A DNA stretch of 64,000 nucleotides, taken from the NCBI GenBank assembly GCA_035463475.1, contig DATHTE010000014.1:2750-66749 (forward strand), read 5' to 3'. The stretch comes from Vicinamibacterales bacterium. GTDB taxonomy: Bacteria > Acidobacteriota > Vicinamibacteria > Vicinamibacterales > 2-12-FULL-66-21. The position numbers and the translations under genes are program-made. Shown piece by piece: positions 28,792-36,994 of this stretch (the stretch's first letter is position 1; every line of letters starts with the position of its first letter). The notes below the pieces were generated by a model. It made no database searches, had not been told where the DNA came from, and saw only the letters and a program-made list of their open reading frames with translations.

Positions 28792-29928
28792 ATGCGCATC
28801 GAACAATTCGCCATGGAGCGGATGCAGTCCACCTGGGAGAACCGGGTCGAGATCAATCTCTCCGAGAGCGGCGTTCATCCGCTGCGCGTCGACGAGCTGT
28901 GCGACACCCCGGAGCTCCGCGAACTCCTGCTCCGGCAGGAGCTCGTATACACGCAGTCGAACGGCACGCCGGAGCTGCGCCGCTTCATCGCGGCCATGTA
29001 CCCAGGGGCGACGGAAGACCATGTTGAAGTGACCAACGGCGGATCCGAGGCGAACTACATCACGCTCTGGAACCTCGTCGAGCCGGGCGACGAGGTCGTC
29101 ATGATGGTGCCGAACTACATGCAGTCCTGGGGACTGGCGCGCGGGTTCGGCGGACAGCTCAAGCCGTGGGCGCTGCGTGAGGTGCACGACGGCGCATCGC
29201 CGCGCTGGCGACCGGACTTCGACGCGCTGCGATCGCTCGTGACCTCGAGGACGCGCCTGGTGCTGATCTGCAATCCCAACAACCCGACCGGCGCGCGGTT
29301 GACGGCGGCGGACCTGGACGAGATCTGCCGGATCGCCGGCGCGCATGGCGCGTGGCTGCTTTCCGACGAGATCTATCGTGGCGCGGAGCGGGACGGCGTC
29401 GAGACCGCGTCGGTCTGGGGCCGCTACGAGCGGGCAATCGTGACGAGCGGGCTGTCCAAGGCCTACGGCCTGCCCGGGCTGCGCATCGGCTGGATCGTCG
29501 CACCGCCAGACCTGATCGCGAAGCTCTGGTCGTACCACGATTACACGACGATCTCGCCCGGGGCCATGAGCGACCTGCTCGCGCGCGTCGCGCTCGCCCC
29601 CTCGCGCCGCGCCCGGATCGTCGCGCGGACGCGGCGAATCATCGGCGAGAACTATCCGATCGTGCGGGATTGGCTCGACGCCTTCGGCGGGCAGTTCCGC
29701 CACGCGGCGCCCGAAGCCGGCGCGATCGTCTACGTCGCGTATCGATACCCGATCAACTCGACGGAGCTGATCCTCAAGCTGAAGGACACGCACAGCGTGC
29801 TGATCGTGCCGGGGGACCACTTCCACATGGACGGCTACTTCCGGCTCGGGTTCGGGTCTGAGACCGATTACCTGAGGGAGGGACTGAAGCGGCTCAACGC
29901 GCTGCTGGAGTCTTTCGCGAAGGTGTGA
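28792..29928 (+). CDS. Class I/II PLP-dependent aminotransferase
   Basis: ICNPNNPTGA, DEIYRG, and SKAYGLPGLRIGW (PLP lysine). Confidence 0.8.
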   Translation: MRIEQFAMERMQSTWENRVEINLSESGVHPLRVDELCDTPELRELLLRQELVYTQSNGTPELRRFIAAMYPGATEDHVEVTNGGSEANYITLWNLVEPGDEVVMMVPNYMQSWGLARGFGGQLKPWALREVHDGASPRWRPDFDALRSLVTSRTRLVLICNPNNPTGARLTAADLDEICRIAGAHGAWLLSDEIYRGAERDGVETASVWGRYERAIVTSGLSKAYGLPGLRIGWIVAPPDLIAKLWSYHDYTTISPGAMSDLLARVALAPSRRARIVARTRRIIGENYPIVRDWLDAFGGQFRHAAPEAGAIVYVAYRYPINSTELILKLKDTHSVLIVPGDHFHMDGYFRLGFGSETDYLREGLKRLNALLESFAKV

Positions 29929-30956
29929 CGTTCGATCTCCTCCTGGTCGGCTTCGGCAACGTCGGCCGGCGCTTTGCCCGGCTGCTCGAAGAGCGGCGCG
30001 CCCGGCTGGCATCCGGCTACGACATCCAGACGCGCATCGTCGGCGTGGCCACGGGTGGGCACGGCGGCGTGTTCGATCCGGGCGGCGTGGATCTCGCGCG
30101 CGCCCTGGCGTCCCCTGAAAGCCTGGGGCCCGTGCCGAACGGGCTGGAGTTGATCGCCGCCGCAGCCGCGACCCCCGGGCGCGCGCCCCGGGTCGTCGTC
30201 GAAACGTCCCCACTCAGCATCGAGGACGCCCGGCCGGCGATCGACCACGTGCGGCTCGCGCTGCTGTCGCGCATGCACGTCGTCAGCGCCAACAAAGGGC
30301 CGGTGGCGCTCGCCTACCGCGAGCTGCGGCTGCTGGCGGATCGCATGGGGGTTCGCTACCTCTTCGAGGGAGCCGTGATGGACGGCATCCCCGTGTTCAA
30401 TCTGGTGCGGGACTCGATGCCGGCCGCCGACGTCCTCGGATTTCGCGGCGTCTTGAACAGCACGACGAACTACATCATCACGAGGCTCGAGGACGGGGAG
30501 GAATTCGGCCCGGCGCTGGCGGAGATGCGGCGGCAGGGGGTCGCCGAGGCGGACGCGTCGCTGGACATCGACGGCTGGGACGCCGCGGCGAAGACCGCGG
30601 CGCTCGTGAACGTGCTCATGGACGGCGCGATCGGGCCGCGCGACGTCGCGCGCACGGGCATCGCGGCGCTGACCGGCGCGCGCGTGCGCGAGGCCGTGGC
30701 GCACGGGCGGCGTATCAGGCTCGTCGCATCCGCGCGCCGCGAGGCAGGAACGATCCGGGCGAGCGTCGCGCCCGAGGAGCTCGCCTCAGAAGACCCGCTG
30801 GCGCTTCTGCGGGGAATGTCCAATGCGCTGTACATCGAGACGGACGTGCTCGGCCGGGTGGGAATCACGCAGGTCGATGGCGGCCTCACGCAGACGGCGT
30901 ACGCGCTCCTCTCGGACCTGGTGACGCTCGGCCGAGTGCCTCCAGCGCCTCGGTGA
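29925..30956 (+). CDS. hom: Homoserine dehydrogenase (no ACT domain)
   Basis: LLLVGFGNVGRR Rossmann loop, VVSANKGPVA, and FEGAVMDGIPVF. The GTG start overlaps the aminotransferase stop. Confidence 0.75.
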   Translation: MTFDLLLVGFGNVGRRFARLLEERRARLASGYDIQTRIVGVATGGHGGVFDPGGVDLARALASPESLGPVPNGLELIAAAAATPGRAPRVVVETSPLSIEDARPAIDHVRLALLSRMHVVSANKGPVALAYRELRLLADRMGVRYLFEGAVMDGIPVFNLVRDSMPAADVLGFRGVLNSTTNYIITRLEDGEEFGPALAEMRRQGVAEADASLDIDGWDAAAKTAALVNVLMDGAIGPRDVARTGIAALTGARVREAVAHGRRIRLVASARREAGTIRASVAPEELASEDPLALLRGMSNALYIETDVLGRVGITQVDGGLTQTAYALLSDLVTLGRVPPAPR

Positions 30957-31161
30957 GCGCCTGGGGGTCGAAGCCACTGATACGCGCCTTGCCGATGATC
31001 GTGACCGGGACGCTGCGAATTCCGAGCGCGACGAGATCGCGATACGCCGCGGCGTCTTCCTCGACGTTGCGCGCCGTGAAGGGCCGGCCGGAGCGTGAAA
31101 GAAACTCCTTCACCTGTTCGCACGCGTGTCAATGCGAACCGCTGAAGACGACGATCTCCAT
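30886..31161 (-). CDS. Glutaredoxin/NrdH-like thioredoxin-fold protein with in-frame UGA (candidate selenocysteine) at 31131..31129
   Basis: The track ORF 30886..31113 starts at an internal GTG. Extending the same frame upstream gives ATG(31161) MEIVVFSGSH-[UGA]-HACEQVKEFLSRSGRPFTARNVEEDAAAYRDLVALGIRSVPVTIIGKARISGFD. This is a Grx/NrdH layout with UxxC at the CxxC position. Confidence 0.65.
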
Positions 31162-31173
31162 TGCGATGATTCT

Positions 31174-32379
31174 ATGCCTGCCGCGCCCGATACCGCCGGT
31201 CCGCTGACCGGTATAACCGTCATCGACCTCAGCCGCGTGCTGTCTGGTCCGTTCTGCACGATGCAGCTGGCGGACATGGGCGCCCGGGTGATCAAAGTCG
31301 AGCAGCCTGGCCGCGGCGACGACACGCGCGCCTGGGGCCCGCCCTTCCCCGGTGGCGAGAGCGCGTACTACCTGAGCATCAACCGGAACAAGGAGAGCCT
31401 TGCGCTCGATCTGAAGCATGCAGCCGCGCGCGGCGTCCTCGAACGCCTGCTCGCGCGCGCGGACGTCGTCGTCGAGAATTTCCGTCCGGGGACGGCCGAA
31501 CGGCTCGGCGTGGGGTACGCGCAGGTCAGGGAGCGCTGGCCCCGGGTGATCTACTGCTCGATTTCCGGCTTCGGGCAGACGGGGCCACGGCGAGACGCGC
31601 CGGGGTACGACTCGGTCGTCCAGGCGGAAGGGGGCTTGATGAGCGTGACGGGGCACGCGGACAGACCACCCGTCCGGCTCGGCGTCGCCATCGGCGACAT
31701 GGCCGCGGGACTCTACGCCGCCTACGCGATCGCGCTCGCGCTGATGAGCCGGCACCGGTCGGGGCGAGGCCAGTTCATCGACGTCGGGATGCTCGACTCG
31801 GTCGCCTCTTTGCTCACGTATCAGGCGGCGCTGTTTTTCGCCGACGGCACCGTGCCGAGGCGGATGGGCAATCGGCACCCGACGATCGCGCCCTACGACA
31901 CGCTCGCAGCCTCGGACGGCGACTTCGTGCTCGCGGTCGGCAACGACGAACAATGGCGCCGTCTCTGCGCGACGCTGCACCTCGAGCACCTCGCGTCGGA
32001 CCCGCGCTACGCGACGAACGACCAGCGCGTGGTGAACTATGACGGTCTGCGGCCGGTGCTCGCCGAGAAGTTCGCGACCCGCTCACGCGATGCGTGGATC
32101 GAGACGCTGCTGGGGGCCGGCGTGCCGTGCGGATCCGTGCGCGAGATTCCAGAGGTGCTGGCGGACCCGCAACTGGCCGCGCGCGACATGATTGTCTCGC
32201 TCCCGCACGCCACGGCCGGCCGCATCAACGTGCTCGGCGTGCCCCCGAAATTGTCCGAGACGCCAGGACGCGTGCTCTCCCCTCCACCCAGGCTGGGAGA
32301 ACACACGGACGCAATCTTGAAGGAACTGGGCTTCGAGGTCCCGGAGATCGACGCGATGCGATCGGCGGGTGCGATCTAA
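31174..32379 (+). CDS. Family III CoA-transferase (CaiB/BaiF)
   Basis: PLTGITVIDLSRVLSGPFCTMQLADMGARVIKVE and NFRPG. Start taken at ATG 31174, since earlier in-frame starts would overlap the Grx-like gene. Confidence 0.85.
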   Translation: MPAAPDTAGPLTGITVIDLSRVLSGPFCTMQLADMGARVIKVEQPGRGDDTRAWGPPFPGGESAYYLSINRNKESLALDLKHAAARGVLERLLARADVVVENFRPGTAERLGVGYAQVRERWPRVIYCSISGFGQTGPRRDAPGYDSVVQAEGGLMSVTGHADRPPVRLGVAIGDMAAGLYAAYAIALALMSRHRSGRGQFIDVGMLDSVASLLTYQAALFFADGTVPRRMGNRHPTIAPYDTLAASDGDFVLAVGNDEQWRRLCATLHLEHLASDPRYATNDQRVVNYDGLRPVLAEKFATRSRDAWIETLLGAGVPCGSVREIPEVLADPQLAARDMIVSLPHATAGRINVLGVPPKLSETPGRVLSPPPRLGEHTDAILKELGFEVPEIDAMRSAGAI

Positions 32380-32421
32380 TCCCCGACGGCCCTGTCATAG
32401 ATGCGGTTGTCGATCAAAACG

Positions 32422-32862
32422 TCACACGAACGCGCCGAACTCCGCCAGCACGAACTCGACGACGTCTTCTTCGGTGAGCTCGCCGATCCCCTTCCCGTCC
32501 CGGATCGGACGCTCGACCGTCGTCACGCGCCCTCCGCGCGCGCGGTTCGCGCGGCCGATCACCTGCGGCGGCGTGGAGTCCGTGTCCAGCTCCACCTCGA
32601 AGTAGTCCTCGCGCGACGTGGTGGACGCCAGGCGAACGCCGTTCGCCGGCGTGAACACCTTGAACGGATAGCCTTCAGCCGACAGCACCGAAGCAACCAA
32701 CCGGAACGCCGGCACCGCCACGCGATGCAGGAAGGTGTCGTACTCGTGGGAGGCGCGATCCAGGTCGCCCCGCCTCAGTTCCGACGCGCGCCGGGCCTCC
32801 TCGATGCGCGCGCGGAATTTCCGGCGCACGTCCGCAACTTCCATGTGTCTCCTCGTGGGCAT
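32422..32862 (-). CDS. Hypothetical protein (146 aa)
   Basis: Clean ORF downstream of the PilT-like gene on the same strand. I recognise no family. Confidence 0.45.
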   Translation of the reverse strand: MPTRRHMEVADVRRKFRARIEEARRASELRRGDLDRASHEYDTFLHRVAVPAFRLVASVLSAEGYPFKVFTPANGVRLASTTSREDYFEVELDTDSTPPQVIGRANRARGGRVTTVERPIRDGKGIGELTEEDVVEFVLAEFGAFV

Positions 32863-32891
32863 GCCGGGCGCGGTGCGGGGCTCGGGGGCGC

Positions 32892-35300
32892 TCAGGCCAG
32901 GCGCTCGACGAACGAAGTGTCGATCCCTTCACGCTTCAGCAGCGTGAGCAGCCCCTCGCGGTCGTACGCCTTGCGCCAGGCTTCGCCGGCATCGACGATG
33001 CCGTCGCGGATGAGGCCGAAGAGCGCGTCGTTCAACGGCACGCTGCCCAGCCGGCGCCCGCTCTCCATCGCGGCGCCCAACTGGAAGAGCTTTCCTTCCG
33101 CGATGATCGACGCCGCGGCTGGAGTATTGAAGAGCAATTCGCGCGCCGCCACGCGCCCGCCGCCCCGCTTGCGAAGCAGCACCTGCGCGACCACCGCACG
33201 CAGGCTCGTGGACAACGTGGTGAGCACGTGCGCGCGCCGATCTGCCGGCACCTGCTCGACGAGGCGCTCGATCGCCTGCGCCGCCGCCGGCGCTCTCAGG
33301 CCCGCCAGCACGAACCGACCCGATTCGGCCGCCTCGAGCACCGCCGCGATCATGTCAGGCGAGCGCAGCTCCTCCACGAGGAGAACGTCCGGGTCCTCGC
33401 GGAGCGCGGATCGAACGGCGGCGACGACGTCGCTTGCCTCCCCGCGGACTTCGCGCTGACTCAAAAACGACCGCCGGCTCTCGTGCACGAAGCCGATCTG
33501 GCGCTCGATCGTGATGACGTGGTCGGCTCGGGTGCGGTTGATGAGATCGACGAACGCCGCCTCGAGCGTCGACTTGCCGCTGGCGCGCGGCCCTGCGATC
33601 AGCACGAGGCCGTCGGGCTGTCCGCACAGCGCCTGGATGTCCTTCGACAGCCCGAGCTGCTCGACGGAGATCGCACGCGCCGGCAGCATGCGCACAATCA
33701 CGCCCGGACCGCGGTGATCGCGGAACGAGAGACAGCGGACGCGTCCGATCTCGGCGACGTCGCGGAACCACTCCGGGGTCTCGCCGCTCTTGACAGCGTC
33801 GCGGGTGGGTTCTGGCGCGAGCGCCAGCATGAGCGCCTCGACGTCGCCGGCGCTGAGCGCTTCCTCGGCCTCGAGTTGCTGCATCTCGCCGTCCACGCGC
33901 ACGGCGGGGCGCGACTGCGCGACGAGATACAGTCCGGAGGCACCGCGCGCTGCCGCCACCCGGAGCAGGCGCTCGATCGCGGGCGCGCCGGCCGGCACGG
34001 ATGCCACCGGCTCCGGTTGCGCGCGCACGGTCCGCGCGAGCGGGAGAACGACCGCTGGCGTCGGCGTCTCCGCTTCCAGGCGGATCTCTTCGAGATGAGA
34101 CTCCTCGGCCTGCGATTCGGCCACTTCCCCCGGCTCGTCTACCTGTCTCGCTGCCGGCTGATCGGGCTCACGCGCGACGAGTTCGGGCGGCGGGACCTGG
34201 AGCATTCCCGAAGACGCCAGCAACTCCGCGACCTCCGCGGCATCCGGCTGCTGCTGCTCGACCTCCTGAACGATCTCGAACGGCGGCTCGGCCCGCTCAA
34301 AGGGGACACCGGCCACACCGGATCCGGTGTCGGGCTGCGTCTCCGCGGCTTCCGCGGCGACGAGTTCCTGGGTTCGACCAGCGGGCGCATCTACGCGCGG
34401 CTCGAAGGCGACTACGCGACCGGGCTGCGCCGCACTGGGCGGCGGCGGCTCTGGGACCGCGAACGCAGGTGGAACCTGCGCGGCCGCCGGTTCTTCGACC
34501 GGGGGCTCTTCCGCCGACGCGAGCTCGGCGATCGGCGCAGGCAGCGTTGCCGGCTCGGGCGCGGCGACGGGCGGGGGCATCACAGTGGGTGTCGGTTCGA
34601 CGGCGGGCGCCGGTTCGACAACTGGCGCCGGTTCGACAGCTGGTGCCGGCGCAGTCGCGGGCGCTGGTTCAGCAGCGGCCGCTGGTTCCATCGCGGGCGC
34701 GGGTTCAGCAGCGACCGCGAGCTCCATTGCGGGCGCGGGTTCAGCAGCGACCGCGAGTTCCATTGCGGGCGCGGGTTCAGCAGCGACCGCGAGCTCCATT
34801 GCGGGCGCAGGTTCGGCAGCGACCGCGAGCTCCATTGCGGGCGCGGGTTCGGCGGTGGCTGCGGGTTGAGCGGCGGTCGCGGGTTGAGCAGCGGCCGCAG
34901 GTGCCGCAACGGGCTCCGGTTCAGCCACAACGGGTGCAACCGGCTTCGGCCACATCGGGCGAATCTCCACCCAGATGTCGTCCCCGCCACGTGCCACGAC
35001 GATGTTGAACGGTGGCCGGTCCTCGACGGCGGGAAGTTCGTTCTCGACGGCGCCCAGTTCCCTGAGCGTGCGAACCTGCTCTGGCGTGAGCAGTTGATCG
35101 AGCATCCCGACCAATGTGTCGATCGTCAGGAAGCGAGTAGACAGCTCCACCTGTCCCCAGGCCAGCGGGCCGCGGAAAGCGTTCATCGCGGCCGACGAGG
35201 TCACCACGTACGGCTTTTCGCCGGTGTGGAGCACGAGGGCGTCTCCCTCGAGCCTGACGATCGCGCCGAGCAAAGAATCGACTAGAGACACGTGGAGCAA
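32892..35300 (-). CDS. PilT/GspE-superfamily ATPase-like protein with degenerate catalytic boxes, long Pro/Ala-rich repeat linker and unknown N-terminal domain
   Basis: The C-terminal ~360 aa align by eye to PilT (LIAGPRASGKST, ITIERQIG, DVLLVEELR, SGRFVLAGLRA). The middle ~300 aa are low-complexity P/A/E. The N-terminal ~115 aa are globular and of unknown family. Confidence 0.75.
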   Translation of the reverse strand: MLHVSLVDSLLGAIVRLEGDALVLHTGEKPYVVTSSAAMNAFRGPLAWGQVELSTRFLTIDTLVGMLDQLLTPEQVRTLRELGAVENELPAVEDRPPFNIVVARGGDDIWVEIRPMWPKPVAPVVAEPEPVAAPAAAAQPATAAQPAATAEPAPAMELAVAAEPAPAMELAVAAEPAPAMELAVAAEPAPAMELAVAAEPAPAMEPAAAAEPAPATAPAPAVEPAPVVEPAPAVEPTPTVMPPPVAAPEPATLPAPIAELASAEEPPVEEPAAAQVPPAFAVPEPPPPSAAQPGRVVAFEPRVDAPAGRTQELVAAEAAETQPDTGSGVAGVPFERAEPPFEIVQEVEQQQPDAAEVAELLASSGMLQVPPPELVAREPDQPAARQVDEPGEVAESQAEESHLEEIRLEAETPTPAVVLPLARTVRAQPEPVASVPAGAPAIERLLRVAAARGASGLYLVAQSRPAVRVDGEMQQLEAEEALSAGDVEALMLALAPEPTRDAVKSGETPEWFRDVAEIGRVRCLSFRDHRGPGVIVRMLPARAISVEQLGLSKDIQALCGQPDGLVLIAGPRASGKSTLEAAFVDLINRTRADHVITIERQIGFVHESRRSFLSQREVRGEASDVVAAVRSALREDPDVLLVEELRSPDMIAAVLEAAESGRFVLAGLRAPAAAQAIERLVEQVPADRRAHVLTTLSTSLRAVVAQVLLRKRGGGRVAARELLFNTPAAASIIAEGKLFQLGAAMESGRRLGSVPLNDALFGLIRDGIVDAGEAWRKAYDREGLLTLLKREGIDTSFVERLA
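34688..34860. repeat. 36-bp tandem repeat, ~4.8 copies, in-frame inside the PilT-like gene (encodes AEPAPAMELAVA units)
   Basis: The unit ccattgcgggcgcgggttcagcagcgaccgcgagct is repeated head-to-tail with 0-3 mismatches per copy. Confidence 0.9.
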
Positions 35301-35335
35301 TCCCGCAGGAGTTTCGGCGGATCGACCTCCGCGCT

Positions 35336-35776
35336 TTAAGCCCGCTCGCTCGGTCCGACGCCGGGGCCCGCGCGGTAGATCCGAACCAGCTCGATGATCT
35401 TGACGCCGCGAGTCTGGTAAGGGGCGACGACCCGCTCTGTACGAAGATACTGGATCAGCCCGTCATCCGCGTAATCGGGCTCACCGATCTTTTCGGTCCC
35501 GGCGAGCCTCGCCGTCAGTCCCTCGAGATCGAGCAGAAAGTACGGCCGTTTTCTCGAGTAGGGAATGAGCCCGAGCAGCCGCGCCGGCTCGCGGCGCGTG
35601 GCCGAGGCGAAGGTGACGAACACCTCGTTGGCGATGAAGTTGTAGCCCGACTCCGCGCGCGAGGCTGGCGCGTCCTCCACCCGCAGGGCGGCGATACCGG
35701 GCACCTCGCGCAGTGCATCGATGAGCAATTGCGTGAACGTGCCGTCGCCGGACCAGCGCGTGGTGTCGATCTGCAT
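35336..35776 (-). CDS. Hypothetical protein (146 aa)
   Basis: Clean ORF immediately upstream of the PilT-like gene on the same strand. I recognise no family. Confidence 0.45.
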   Translation of the reverse strand: MQIDTTRWSGDGTFTQLLIDALREVPGIAALRVEDAPASRAESGYNFIANEVFVTFASATRREPARLLGLIPYSRKRPYFLLDLEGLTARLAGTEKIGEPDYADDGLIQYLRTERVVAPYQTRGVKIIELVRIYRAGPGVGPSERA

Positions 35777-35814
35777 GCGACTCGTCGAGTCCGTAGGTCA
35801 GACGCGCGACACCT

Positions 35815-36594
35815 TCAGGCGGACACAGCCTTCCTCGCGACGTGAATGGCCATCAACCCGCCCAGCACGGGCAGCCATTCGGCGGACGCGAAACCATTCT
35901 CCCGCATGATCGCGGTCACCCGCGCGGCGCCGGGATAGCGGCGAATCGTGGCGGGGATGTAGCGGTACGTGTCCGGGTCGCGGTGCAGCGCCCATCCAAG
36001 CGCCCCTCCGACGATCGACAGGTAGGTCAGGTACACGGCGCGCACGGGCGCGCCGTCGGGCCGGTTGAAATCGAGCGACAGGAATGCGCCGCCGGGCCTG
36101 AGCACGCGCGCCGCCTCGCGCAAGGCCGGCGCCAGCTCCGGCACGTTGCGAATACCGTACCCCGTCGTCACGAGGTCGAACGACCCGTCCGCGAACGGCA
36201 GCGCCATCATGTCGGCGACGAGGAAAATGGGGTCAGACCCCATTTTTTCAGGCTCAGGAGAAAAATGGGGTCTGACCCCATTTTTCTCCATCGCGAGCCT
36301 GACCATCCGCTCCGTTACGTCGAGTCCCACGACCCGCGCCCCGCGCGCCGCCAGCTCGAACGAGATGTCTCCCGTGCCGCACGCGAGATCGAGCGCGCGC
36401 GTGCCCGGAGCAATCGCGGCGAGCGCGGCGAGCCGGCGCTTCCAGGCCCGGTCGCGCCCGAAGGAGAGCAGGACGGTGATGAGATCGTAGCGATCGGCGA
36501 TCGTATGGAACAGGCGGCGGACGTAGCGGCGCTTGGTCTCGGGAGTGGCGAGCGCGTCGCGCAGTGACGGGCGCCCTGCGCGGCCGCCGGTCAC
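35815..36594 (-). CDS. ubiE: Demethylmenaquinone/ubiquinone C-methyltransferase UbiE/MenG
   Basis: YDLITVLLSFGRDRAWKR, DLACGTGD and GYGIRNV. The GTG start at 36594 overlaps the upstream cupredoxin stop (GTGA). The track ORF to 37134 is an over-extension. Confidence 0.8.
   Translation of the reverse strand: MTGGRAGRPSLRDALATPETKRRYVRRLFHTIADRYDLITVLLSFGRDRAWKRRLAALAAIAPGTRALDLACGTGDISFELAARGARVVGLDVTERMVRLAMEKNGVRPHFSPEPEKMGSDPIFLVADMMALPFADGSFDLVTTGYGIRNVPELAPALREAARVLRPGGAFLSLDFNRPDGAPVRAVYLTYLSIVGGALGWALHRDPDTYRYIPATIRRYPGAARVTAIMRENGFASAEWLPVLGGLMAIHVARKAVSA
36224..36286. repeat. REP-like twin hairpin (AAAATGGGGTC-A-GACCCCATTTT ... GAAAAATGGGGTC-T-GACCCCATTTTTC) inside ubiE coding sequence
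   Basis: Two near-perfect 11-13-bp palindromes separated by 13 nt. Total length is 63 nt (21 codons), translated as NGVRPHFSPEPEKMGSDPIFL. Confidence 0.85.
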
Positions 36595-36989
36595 CGGACC
36601 TCGATCGTTCCGCGCATCATCAAGGCGTGGGGCGCGCACTCGTACCGCTGCGAGCCGCGCGCGGGCGGAACCACGAAATCGATCTCGGCGGCGCCGCGAC
36701 CGTTCAGCTCCCGGGTCTCGATCTTCCAGGCGGGCACGCTGAAGTTGTGCTTCACGCCCGCCTCTTCGTTGCGCAGCACGAGACGAACCCGCTCGCCCGG
36801 GCGGAACCGGAGAGTCGGGTTCGGGTCGGTCTCCTCCCCCGCGAGATAGAACGTCATCTCGCGCGCGACGAGCACCACCTCGCGCATCGCGCCCGCGCCG
36901 GACTCGATCGGTCCGCCGCGCAGCGCCACCGCGGCCGCTGCCAGCAGCACGCAAGCCGTCAGGACGATTGCCGCAACCCTGGAACCCAT
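36591..36989 (-). CDS. Cupredoxin-like (type-1 copper) membrane-anchored protein
   Basis: Start at MGSRVAAIVLTACVLLAAAAV. His in VKHNFSV plus C-terminal YECAPHALMMRGTIEV (the C..H..M ligand pattern). Confidence 0.6.
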   Translation of the reverse strand: MGSRVAAIVLTACVLLAAAAVALRGGPIESGAGAMREVVLVAREMTFYLAGEETDPNPTLRFRPGERVRLVLRNEEAGVKHNFSVPAWKIETRELNGRGAAEIDFVVPPARGSQRYECAPHALMMRGTIEVR

Positions 36990-36994
36990 GATTG

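Noticed and set aside
27415-30213. 932-aa minus-strand ORF, the longest in the track
   Set aside because: It runs antisense or out of frame across four well-supported genes: SIMPL, FGE, aminotransferase and hom. Its translation is Arg/Ala/Gly/Pro-rich with no motifs, which is typical of a shadow ORF in GC-rich DNA.
34688-34860. 36-bp repeats as a possible CRISPR array
   Set aside because: The units are contiguous with no spacers. They lie in-frame within a long ORF, encode a Pro/Ala linker, and have no cas genes nearby.
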